Positions 13,258 to 24,014 of a DNA stretch of 64,000 bases are shown here, piece after piece. Origin of the DNA: Monocercomonoides exilis PA203. Its lineage: Eukaryota; Protista; Preaxostyla. Every line of letters starts with the position of its first letter. Position 1 is the first letter of the stretch. The notes under the pieces were generated by a model that worked only from the letters and a program-made list of their open reading frames with translations, was not told the origin of the DNA and made no database searches. Location of the stretch: positions 186,001 to 250,000 of the forward strand of contig LSRY02000066.1 in NCBI GenBank assembly GCA_001643675.2. The letters are read 5' to 3'. The translations under genes and the position numbers were made by a program.

Positions 13258-13750
13258 GACTTCAGGCATTTTCGTTGATAATTTTTTCTTTGTGAACGAA
13301 CTTTTTGTGATCAAAAAATTATAGAAAAATGTGTTCATTGATTGAAAAAAGCGTGAGATCATAAAACATAATGTTGCAATATCATTGATGCCAGTTGACA
13401 ATTATTAAAATCCAATTCATTTTGAAATCTGAGAGAGCTTATCATTGTTATGAGTGAAACTATTATTAAGTCCTTTGTGCTAAAAAAGCTTGAAAGTTCA
13501 TATTTTCCCCCATATTTTTTCTTTCGAAATTTTCGAATCGGAAAATTTTATTGAATATCAACAAAAGAAAACTGAAAAGTGAAAAGGTTTATGAAAAAAA
13601 TATCTTTATCTTTATTTGAGCTTAAACATTTGTTTTGATAGCAGTTGTGATAATTCAACAATTCACACACAAAATCTCTTCACTATGAAAAACAATGTTT
13701 GAAAAATCGACACCCCGAAAAAAGTTATGATTTCAAAAATAATAACCCAA
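13258..13750. repeat. Dispersed non-coding repeat family member
   Basis: 13258-13515 aligns with 62073-62330 (cttcaggcattttc...tgtgatcaaaaaat...gaaatctgaga...aaaagcttgaaagt). 13570-13750 is the inverted homolog of 11741-11920 and a direct homolog of ~17110-17215. Confidence 0.75.
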
Positions 13751-14539
13751 ATATATTTTATTCAAATAGTGAAAGGATATTAATTATCAAATAAAAATAT
13801 TTTTTATTTCATTCTATTTTATTTTGAAATTCTCACAGTTTGAATTATGTTCGAATTGCAAAATTATCACATAACATTCACTCGTCTGTCAAAGTTTTTT
13901 CTTTCAGAAAAATTAAAACTCTTTTTAATCGCAACAATTAATGATAACCATCAAAAAGCATTGTTTGAAAATACTTTTTTTCGATTAATGCAAATACTTA
14001 TTGATTCAAAAATATCGAAACCAAATATTGTTAATAATTGTTGAAATATAAAACAAAGGATTGCCAGTCCCTGGGTTTTGTTTCAATCCTCGATTATATC
14101 CATTTCTTCATTTTATCAAAGTCCTTCATAGGATGAACTCAAAAAGAAAATAGTTAACTTATTTCTTAAACATTTTAATTCAACTAATCACTTCAAACAT
14201 TATTTTCAATTTGGAAAAATTTTATTTGGGTGATTAATACTGAAATCAAATAATTTCTGTTTTAAATTTCTGTTTAAATTTATGTTTTGAATATTCACAA
14301 TGAACACTAAAAGGTGATGGATTCATATAATGACTCCTCTTCTATTTTTTTGTATCAAACTGTGGCTTTTGCAAAAATTGGCTTGCATGCAAATTTTGGA
14401 TGAAAATTACTTGGTTAATGATGATTAACCTTTGGATTATCAACACACCGGATAATGTTATGCTTTCAAAAGCAATCACATATATGGTTTGAAAAATAAA
14501 TACAAGCCTAAATAGTTATAAAGTAATACTGAAGAACAT

Positions 14540-15420
14540 GAAGTTGTTTGTGATGATGAATTCAATCTTTTTCTTTGTTTTTCCTAACACTTCTGATTTG
14601 CTTCTTTCTTTGCTTTTGACTTTCTTGTTTATTCCATTTGTAATTCAGCAAAAAAAAAATATTATTAGCTTCAAAATCTGAAGCTGTCAAAGAATTCTGT
14701 GAAAAATGAAATTTTGTTAAACAAACAGCAACACTAAAAAAATCTTCAATCACTTCGATGCTCAATGGATAATGCTGTCGAAATACAGCGAAGACTGTTT
14801 TTAAGATTCTAAATATATGCTCAAAAATCACTTCCTTCTTCGATAACTCAGGGATTCATTACGTTTTTATGGTGCATACACCGAGCCATGTTTTTGCTCC
14901 AATGCAAGCTGAGTCGACCAACAGTTTTGCATTTCCTTATTTGTTTTCAAAGGTTGGATAATGATGTTGAAATACAACATAATCATGAGTGCTTCCAGGA
15001 AAAATATACAGATAGTGCTGGCAATACCAAGTTTTGGATAGACACTTTCTTCTACTTAAATACAATAAATGTGGAGCTTCCCACTGAAAAACTTCATTCC
15101 ATATTCAATATGACTACTTGGTTAATTCTGTTGGTTGAATAGTGCTATCGACAATTAATCCCACATCCAGAATTTCTCTGATACGATATTTTCCAAGAGA
15201 TAATAGTGAGTCCAAAAGTGGTTATTTCATTAAGCAGAAAATGTTACGAACATATTTTCTTACTATGAATGAGAATTGAAAAATGGTTTTGTCATTAATC
15301 AAGTCATTGTTGTCGATCCGAAATGAAGAAAATTCGACAAAACAAAAAGTTAATATTGAAAACTGTTGATGAAATTTTTTACCACCTCGATGCGGAGTAA
15401 TTTCTTGATCGAGAAGTTGA
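14540..15420 (-). mobile_element. PIF/Harbinger-type transposase relic, copy 2
   Basis: GLIVDSTIQP, FSGKLHIYCI, and C-terminal FEHIFRILKTVFAVFRQHY...VAVCLTKFH. Many stops. Confidence 0.7.
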
Positions 15421-15722
15421 AGAAGAATATCGAATTCATGTTATGAAAAACCAGTGAGACAAAAAAAACCATTTCAAGGTTCATTTTTTATATTCGACAG
15501 CTTATTCGATCATTGTTTTTTATGGAGAGATAAAAGATTCAATATGCGTTTGCGACGCAATCCAAAGTTCACATAATAAAGATTATTCTGAAATATTTGT
15601 TGTTTCAATAAAAAATATTTAAATCAATGATCTGATCAGATTTATCAATAAAAACAAGAGGGGAAAATACATCAGTGTTCGTTTTTTTTTTCCTTTTTTT
15701 CTTTTTTCTTTCTTTCTTTCTT

Positions 15723-15756
<34 letters not shown>

Positions 15757-15996
15757 AGCGAATATATCTTCATCGATATTTCAACACTTTTTTTGTTGAT
15801 TAATTCTTCTTTTTTTTTGATTTTGAATAATTTGATAAAAATAGTGAAAAACCCAGAATATGATTTAGCAAGAAAATAATGAAGATCCCTAGAAAAATCA
15901 TTGTTTGATTTTAAATAACTACGATACGAAAATTTCTCCTTGAAACTTGAAATAAAATAAAATAAATAAAATAAGAAAAAAAAATTCATTTTTTAA

Positions 15997-16865
15997 TATG
16001 GAAAAGTGCTTCTGGGTCTGGAAAAATAACTGAAGAAAAATAAATGCTTTTTCAAAAAATCGATTTTCCAGATCAATGAAAGAGATTTTGAAACTCTTGC
16101 AACTTCTGCTTTTGTGATAAATGAGATAAAATATCAAACAAATCTCATATTTTGTTTAAAAAATAAACAAAGATGCTGTTTCATAATGGTCTTGTGTTTC
16201 TGGAACAGCTGCTGTGAAACATTGTTGTTTAAATGGATTTGAAATTGGGGAGATATGAGTGCATTATTGAAATAGATGAAGACGTTCTTCGAAAAAGAAA
16301 ATTCAAAAAGGGAAGGTCCAATCAACAAATATGGATATTCGGTTTTGAACAACGAAAAACAGATCATATAAAACAAAAATGATCTGTTGGATTTGCTGTA
16401 AAAAGAAAGAATCATAAAAACAGACAATAAAAAATTACATAAAAAAACAGACGAAAAATTCTAATGACGAGTTACACGCTTCTTCCAGTAAAAATTCTTT
16501 AAGTTGATAGCATTCAACAGTTTGCTATAAGTGTCGGTTCAAAGATAAAACAACATCTGCTTGCACGAACATTATCGAAGGGATTTGGAGTCAATTAAAA
16601 AGCTTTTTACCACATACAAGTTCAAGATAAAAAATTAAAGATGATTATTTGGCAAGTTTAATGATGGAAAAAAACAAACATTTGCATTTTCATGAGTATG
16701 TTTTTGTGATTCATGATTTTAGCACATGCAAAGGAGAACGAAAAACGAAAGGAGCAAATTGAAGATATTGTCGATGAAAACACAGAGACTGAAAGAGATA
16801 TCACTCTAATAACGGAAGGATCATCGGACGACTATCATGGAGAAGGTGATTGCAGTGAAGCTTAA
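15997..16865 (+). mobile_element. Merlin transposase pseudogene, copy 2
   Basis: IDEDVLRKRKFKKGRSNQQIWIFG, ACTNIIEGIWSQLKSFLP and an acidic tail. Heavily disrupted. Confidence 0.8.
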
Positions 16866-16952
16866 GAATATCCATAAAATGATGTTTTCATAGAGTATTT
16901 TTTATTAATATTTATATTGAAAAGCCTATTTTTTTTTTTTTAAGAATAAGTT

Positions 16953-17005
<53 letters not shown>

Positions 17006-17865
17006 TTATATTTTTTTTATACATATTGGTGATTATTTTTGATTTCATATTTTTCTTTCAAAATTTTTTGTTCGAAAATTTCCCTTGAATTTCAACAAAA
17101 GAACTTTGAAAAATGAAAAGGCTTGATAAAATATCTTTATCTTTATTTGAGCAAACACATTTGTTTTCAAAACAATTGTGATGAATTTTGCATTTGAATA
17201 CAAAATCTCATCGCAATAGTCAATAACCTTAGAAAAAATTGCAACTGAAAAAAGAAACGAAAAAAAAAATATTTTCCCATATTTTTTTTTTGAAAAAACA
17301 GGAAGACCAATTATCCACTCATTTCATTTTTTTGTATTATTTTGTGTTTATCTCATTTGAGGAAGTTCAGCAAAAAATATTGGTAAAATATGGAGAACTT
17401 CAAGCTTTTTCATTGAAAAATTTTCTTCCCCGATTTTATTTTTCATTTTGAAAATTTAACAAAATGAGCTCTTTTATTTTTGTCGATTTTAATAATCTCA
17501 CTAAATGGTTATTCTTTATTTCTGTTCTATTTATTGTTTAAATTTGACAAACTCTTATACGAAACAAAAAAACTTATTTTTTCATAATTAAGCATTTGAG
17601 AGTTTTTGAACAAAAAATATTTGAGATGTAAATGCATTTCACTAAATGTTGGAAAATGATGAAAATAACAATGTTCAGTCAGTATTTGTGAAATTTTTGA
17701 GAATTTGAATCTTTATTAATATTATTTGTCGAAAGACATAAATAATTCACATTTATCAAAAAAAATTATCATCATTGAAATCTTTTTATTTTTATATAAA
17801 TTCACCTGACATTGAATAATTATGCATCGTTCAATCGAAATATATTATTTGCATTGTACAGTCTT

Positions 17866-17919
17866 AATCGGATATAATCACATCGGTTTTTGCACAACTT
17901 TTTGTGATTATATCCGATT
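17866..17919. repeat. Hairpin with perfect 17-bp stem
   Basis: aatcggatataatcaca ... tgtgattatatccgatt, 20-nt loop. Confidence 0.85.
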
Positions 17920-19889
17920 GTGATAATATACGATGTTATTTTTCACAGGAAAAAATCAAAATGAATTAATTAATTAATGAATGAATATTGGGTCAAATAT
18001 TTTATTTTCTATAATTCTTCATTAAAACACATTTTTTACTTGCGAAATTAATTTTTGACATTAGTACACATCATATTGACTTATTTGAGCACATATTTAA
18101 AAAAGCGATAAATTGAAAATTTTGATCAAAAAATGGATTTTTCATTGAAAAAATCACTGATTATAATATTAAATGCGATTATATATTTTCAGCCCTGTGA
18201 TTATTTGCCATGGAAAATGAATGAAAAACAATCAAAAATTGTTGATGCATCGAAAAATGTGACAATAAACGATGTTGATAATATTCGATGTGATTATATT
18301 CAGTTGAGACTGCAATCAGTTCAGATGAAAAAAAAAATTGTTTTGAATTCCGAAAGAATATTCTTGGATATATTTAAAAGGAAAAAAGTTTTATTAATGT
18401 TTTGGAAACATATGAAAATAAATTATTATGATTGCATAACGCATAATCAAACAATGAGATGCACATTCATTCAAAAATATTCAAATTTCCATAATGATTA
18501 TTTTTTTTGAAAAATAAGAAAATTGTATGTTTATTGGAAAATAATAAAAATCGGGGTTTTATTTTTTATCATTTTATTTTCTTATAAAGAAAAAAATATA
18601 ATATTTTTATTGCTTTTCGATGAATAGCCGAAAACAAATTTTTCACAAAAAATTTAATTCAAAAAAAACTCAATAATAATAATTTTGAATGAAAAATTCA
18701 CCAATTTCGAAAATAAAATTCACCAAAATTGAATAACTTTTTTTGCAAAATAGAACGATAAGTTTGCCAATTTGAATGATAAGTTCCCAAAATACAAACA
18801 AAAAATTGTTGTTTTTTTATTTTAATTTTATTTTAATTTATTTATTTATTTATTTTTTTTTTTTTTGAATGAATATGATTCATTTCATTGGTAATTTATT
18901 CCTGCAAAATAAAAGTCTTTCTGAACTCTCAATTTTGCACAAAAAAATTGGATATGCCATTTGCGTTAAATGTTGATACAATTTACAAATTTTCATCAAT
19001 CAGATAGTCTTTAAAAAAAAAGTTGAAAAATATTGAAAAGTTAAATTATTTATTATATGTGGTTAATGATCTAAAGAGTTATATGGCAAGATCTGAAGAA
19101 GAAAAAATAGTCAAACAATATTTCAATTTATTACGAACTTCCATGATAAAGAAGAAACATGGAATAGGTTTTTCAAACGTTTTCAAGAATTTGATGCCAA
19201 GGGTTGCCCTCAATGTCAAAGCAAAAGGAGAATCAGGGAGGAAACAGAAGGATACATATATCTTTCGTGTCAAACTTGCCAGAAAAAAAACCTTAATATT
19301 TAAGAATTTCATTTTTTCCCAAAATGAAACTTCCTTTTAATATAATTTTTCATTTTCTATTGTGCTGTTGGATTGTGATTGGATTGAAACAGCTTTAATT
19401 TCTGACGGGTGTTTCTTATCCAACTATTGGTTATTGGGCAAGCGTTGTTCGAGTTGTTTGAGCACAAAAATGGAATGAAACAATAGACCTCTGTGACATG
19501 ACAAAAGAAAATTGAAAAAACGACAAAATGACTGACAAGATGTTAATGAATTGTCAAAAAGGGTTATTCATAACGATTTCATAATTCTTAATTACTAAAA
19601 TAATTAATTTGAAAATCTTCATGAAAAAATTCTTATTATTTTGAAATAATCAAATTATGAATGAATGCGATCAAGTTCCCAATATGTATATTTTTTTGAT
19701 AAAAAATGTCAGTTGAGGAATATTTTTGTCACAATTTGTCATAGAACGTCACTGATTGTCACTGACAAAAGACAAAAAGACATATATTTCTGATTTAATC
19801 AAAAAATATTATCCATTAATTAAGATGAAGTTTTTTAAAGTTTTCACAATGGTTTATCTTATTTTAATTTATAAAAAAAAATGATTTTT

Positions 19890-20624
19890 TTTTTTTTTGC
19901 AAGACGAAGCTTCAAGAAATTTGTCAGGTCACAGAGGAATGTGAAACAATACCAAAATTAGAAGGACCAGGAAAATGCGTAGAAATAAATGAGGCTGTTT
20001 GGAGGAGATGGAAATATGGAAGAGGAAGAAAGAAGGATTTCTTATGGATTTTCGAAGGAGTTGAGAGGATGGAAGGAGGAGTAGCTGGAACAAAATTTGT
20101 TATCATCGTGCCAATAAGAACAAAAGAAACATTGATCCATATTATTCAAAAAATGATATTAACAGACACAACAATAATTGGCTAAGAACGGAAAAGCTAA
20201 AATTGTCTGAAATATTTAGGTTATGTATATATTACAGTCTGTCATGAAAGCAACTTTTAAGATCCAGAAACAGGTGTATGTTCCAATTCCGTTAAAGGGT
20301 TGTGGAGTCATTAAAGAGTGTTTTTTCCCAAAGCACGGAGTTAGAAAAAGATTAATTGCAGACCACTTATCCATGTGGCTTGCAAAAAGGAATCTGAATC
20401 CAAGCTTTGCTGATATTTTGAAAAAAATAATCCTTTTTGTTTCAGAAGAAAAAACGATAATAGCGGATGAAGAAATTGATTTTTTTGATAATAAAGAAAT
20501 TACTTATGTTGATGATATTCTGCATAAGCCACGTGATGATACAAAAGAAGAAGATTCAAATAGCGTTGATGACGGAGGGGATACTTCTAATTATTCTGAT
20601 GAATTAGAAGAAATTTTTATTTGA
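19890..20624 (+). mobile_element. Merlin transposase pseudogene, copy 3 (5'-truncated)
   Basis: GPGKCVEINEAVWRRWKYGRGR, WIFEGVER, VPIRTKETLIHIIQK, TVCHESNF*DPETGVCSNSVKGLWSH and an acidic tail. Confidence 0.85.
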
Positions 20625-21100
20625 TCAGATTGAATTGAAATCTTTTGATTGGTTTTTCAAAAACGTTTTCCAGTAACTATTTTTTCATTTCAACACTGAA
20701 AACACGAAAGAAATCAATAGAAACAAGTTTTCTCGCAATTTGAAAGTTCCGATATTCTTTTAATTTGCCTTTATTTTTAAAAAATACATTTTTTTATATT
20801 GAAGTTTGGATTGAACTTGATGTCTGTCTTTAATCTTTTGAAATGACATTTTTTTCTCAGTTAATTTCATAATAAATTGTTCTCTTTGATTGTTTCCACA
20901 AATTATTTGTTCTCAGTGATTTTTCATTAAAATATTTTTTCCATCTGAAATAAAATAATTATCATTCAAAATCAAAAAATATTTTGCAGAAAAATACCAA
21001 CATCAAATAAACATTATTATGGCTTTCATATAAAAAAGAAACTCAATTTTTTGAGTGAATATATTTTTTATTTGGAAAATATAGAAAGAAACATTACCAA

Positions 21101-21526
21101 ATGAGTGGACTTTTAGGATCTATAATAGAATTTTTCGTTATGATTGCGTTTATGTTCCTTCTTTTGTGGGCAGTATATGTTGTTATTCAACTTCAAGATC
21201 TTGAGGCAGACGCAATTGCAGCAAAAGATCTTTGTGACAAAATTAATCCTATTATACCTGTCGAATATGTTGCCCACGGAATATTGACCCTGTTTTACCT
21301 GCTTTCTGGAAAATGGCTTCTTTTCTTAATCAACGTCTCTTTCGATATATATCACGTTTTACAGGTAACAAAAACAAAAATTCAATTTGATTTCCTTCAA
21401 ATAAGAAGAAATGACGAATTATCAAGAGTTATAAAATATCAGACATTGTATCTTGTCATATATCTTTGCTTATTTGTGTTATCAATTGTGTCATTCGTAA
21501 TTTCTCTCGTTCAATCTACAAAATAG
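21101..21526 (+). CDS. CNIH: Cornichon/Erv14 ER cargo receptor
   Basis: LQDLEADAI...DLCDKINPIIPVEYVAHGIL...W, three hydrophobic segments, 141 aa. Confidence 0.93.
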   Translation: MSGLLGSIIEFFVMIAFMFLLLWAVYVVIQLQDLEADAIAAKDLCDKINPIIPVEYVAHGILTLFYLLSGKWLLFLINVSFDIYHVLQVTKTKIQFDFLQIRRNDELSRVIKYQTLYLVIYLCLFVLSIVSFVISLVQSTK

Positions 21527-21868
21527 CAAACATTATTAATCATTTATCCTTTCACAATTTTATTCATTTTTCTTTATCTTTGCTCAGTATTTTGCTTTCT
21601 CACTTCATTTGGATGAAAAAATTTTAGTTGATAAAAAATGATCAAGGAATTGTTTTATTTTTGTTGAATAATTCAAAGAAAAAATTTCAAATCAATTGCT
21701 TGCAAACGAGAAAATTTCTCCTTTTTCATTGGATTTTCATTTTTAGGTAAATATTTCAACTTCACAATATCATATGTAAAAAGTGATTGCAACATTTAAA
21801 TAGAGAGTCTCTAAGCCATTTTTCGTGTATGTGAAATGATTATTTTTTTATGAAGTGATAATTACCAT

Positions 21869-23368
21869 TTATTCAAAATCTTGTTGTAATTTTTTTACGA
21901 TGGAACTTAAATGATCTCTGTGAGAAGAAATCGACCAGAAAAGAGCATCAGATAAAGGAGATTGCTGAGGAGTTGAGAATCCAAGTGCTGACAACGGATA
22001 GTCGCTTGACGACGTTGATAAAGCTGCTTCAAGAAGCGAAAGTTCAGCAGCATAAACAGCAGTTTTTGGCACACCACACAGCTCCAATGCTTCAGCTGCC
22101 CACATTTGATCAACTCCATATTTGTCCCAAAGTGAAAATGTATCGGTGGACTTAGGACTTTGCTTGCAATCTTCATCATCATGCAAATTGTGTTCAGGAC
22201 AAATTGAGGATTCTTTTTGACTTTCTGTAAACGTTTGCGCTGATGAAGATGATTCTGTTGATTCAACATTCTCAGTTGTTGTTGTACCATCGTGGTCAGC
22301 TAATCCACTTATCAGCTGAATTGACAGATGTTCCAATCTATTTACAAGATGCATTATTGGCACCAAAGTGGGATGGGGAACATTTATTAAAGACGAGTTT
22401 GACGAACATGTTGAAGCTGTTGAAGATGAAAGTGGGGCTGCTGGAATAGAAGGAGAAGCTTTTGCCGAAGAAGACGCAAGAAATGCATCAAATATTTCAG
22501 ATGGTTTTGTTGACTCCGATAAAGATGAAGGGAATTCGTTTCGATGATGTGAGGAAATTGAAGGATTTTGAGTATATTCAGCGGGCAACGCGGACATTGG
22601 AATGCTTGCAGAAAGCAAAACCCCCATTTGAATAATTTTTGAGGTTACGTTTGTAATAACTCTTTTCACAAACGAGAGTGAAATGAATGAATTGTTAAAC
22701 GAAGATGATTTGGTATCAAATCGTGAATTAATAAAAAAGGCTTCCGCTCTTTCAACTTCTTTTTGAATGAGACAATCCCATATTGCATTTACAAGATCTT
22801 TACTAGTTTGTTCGTTACTATAACTTGTTGAATTTGCCTGTGGATGAATAGTTGAAGGAATTGAAGGTGAAATAGGAAATGATGTATTAGATGACGTCAT
22901 GGTCATTGATAATGATGGTACAGAAGATGCCAAAGAAAAGACTGAACCTTTGTTGGAAATTATATCATTTTTCAGAATAAGAAGTGCTGAAGAATAAAGG
23001 TTGAATGGCACAGCAAAAGAAGAAAAAAGAGTTGATGTGTCGTAAAGAGAAGCATTCAGCGATTTTATTCCAGCTCTAATTTCCGCAAGAAATTTTTGCC
23101 TTTTAGATATTCTTTCTTCATCAAGATATCCTGACGAATCTAAGCTCTTGCTAATTTTTCGATCTTTAATTGATAGCATAAGTTCGTTTTGTAAATTTTG
23201 AACATGCTCCTTTTCCTCTTCTGTCAGTTCTTGCAAAACAGCAGCTTGAAGTTGAGCAACTTCAATTCTTGCACGTAATGCAAATATTTCCTTTCTTATC
23301 GCATCTGCTTGCTGACAGTTGCTTTGGATAAGTTTGCAAGCAGATTCCAGTGTTCCGATATCACTCAT
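21869..23368 (-). CDS. Stand-alone C-terminal segment of nucleoporin Nup155/Nup170
   Basis: Colinear blocks LRARIEVAQLQ, LNASLYDTSTLFSSFAVPFNLYSSALLIL, LVNAIWDCLIQKE, VPIMHLVNRLE and WAAEALELCGVP match the Nup155 C-terminal solenoid as I recall it. Ser-rich inserts lie between blocks. Confidence 0.65.
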   Translation of the reverse strand: MSDIGTLESACKLIQSNCQQADAIRKEIFALRARIEVAQLQAAVLQELTEEEKEHVQNLQNELMLSIKDRKISKSLDSSGYLDEERISKRQKFLAEIRAGIKSLNASLYDTSTLFSSFAVPFNLYSSALLILKNDIISNKGSVFSLASSVPSLSMTMTSSNTSFPISPSIPSTIHPQANSTSYSNEQTSKDLVNAIWDCLIQKEVERAEAFFINSRFDTKSSSFNNSFISLSFVKRVITNVTSKIIQMGVLLSASIPMSALPAEYTQNPSISSHHRNEFPSSLSESTKPSEIFDAFLASSSAKASPSIPAAPLSSSTASTCSSNSSLINVPHPTLVPIMHLVNRLEHLSIQLISGLADHDGTTTTENVESTESSSSAQTFTESQKESSICPEHNLHDDEDCKQSPKSTDTFSLWDKYGVDQMWAAEALELCGVPKTAVYAAELSLLEAALSTSSSDYPLSALGFSTPQQSPLSDALFWSISSHRDHLSSIVKKLQQDFE

Positions 23369-23569
23369 TTAAATAAATATATCAAAACTTCAAAAAAAAA
23401 AATCAATATTTAATAAAAATATTACAACGTTGATCCAGAAAATTTTCAGTTAAAGGAATTGACCATTTTTTTTCATCGCAAACAATTACTATCATATCTT
23501 TGGTAATGTTTTTGAATAATCTTGCCAAAAAAAATGTGTCATCCAAATAAGAATTAAGATTGAAAAAAT

Positions 23570-23642
23570 TGGAGATGCCGGGCTTTGATCCCAGTGCCTC
23601 TCGCATGCTAAGCGAACGATCTACCAATTGATCTACATCCCC
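23570..23642 (-). tRNA. tRNA-Ala(AGC)
   Basis: GGGGATGTAGATCAATTGGTAGATCGTTCGCTTAGCATGCGAGAGGCACTGGGATCAAAGCCCGGCATCTCCA: 73 nt, G3:U70 pair, downstream T-run Pol III terminator. Confidence 0.96.
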
Positions 23643-24014
23643 ATGGCGAAAAACAACTTTTTTGAGTTATTTATAAATATGTTTTATCAAAGTTTTTTCA
23701 AAAGAAATTTAATTGAAAGTTAAATTTCTTTATGAAGTTTTTTGGAAAATTGTTTGTCATGAACGATATTAATTTTCCATATAGGATATCAATTTTGTTT
23801 ATTGACTATTAATGAACCGAGAATAGTAATTCCATTAGCCTTTAGGGGATCATAACGATTCTTTTTACAGCAGTTTGATAAGAGTTATTTTTCAGAAAAG
23901 GATTTTATCCAAGATAATAGAAATTATAAATTCGTATAACATCTAAGAGTCAGTGAAAAAATTGTTACTCTTTAAGAAATGATGCACATTTTAAATCTAA
24001 ACTTCTTTTCATGG

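Larger units (their letters stand above)
11516..14462. repeat. Long inverted repeat: 218-bp arms (11516-11733 / 14245-14462) about 2.5 kb apart
   Basis: Arms are reverse-complementary with one mismatch seen (cacctttaagtg vs caccttttagtg). Confidence 0.93.

Noticed and set aside
11507-14471. Apparent 9-bp TSD (atttcaaat / ctttcaaaa) around the 218-bp inverted repeat
   Set aside because: Only 7/9 identical while the arms are near perfect, and the flanks are explained as continuing repeat-family homology.
18690-18800. CRISPR-like array
   Set aside because: Units are degenerate and contiguous with no spacers. Eukaryotic context with no cas genes.
7538-20624. TAA/TAG reassignment (as in Streblomastix) rescuing the transposase stops
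   Set aside because: Host genes end in TAA/TAG and have none internally. The relics also carry frameshifts and TGA stops.
23403-23627. 74-aa minus-strand ORF
   Set aside because: Overlaps tRNA-Ala and has no protein-like features.
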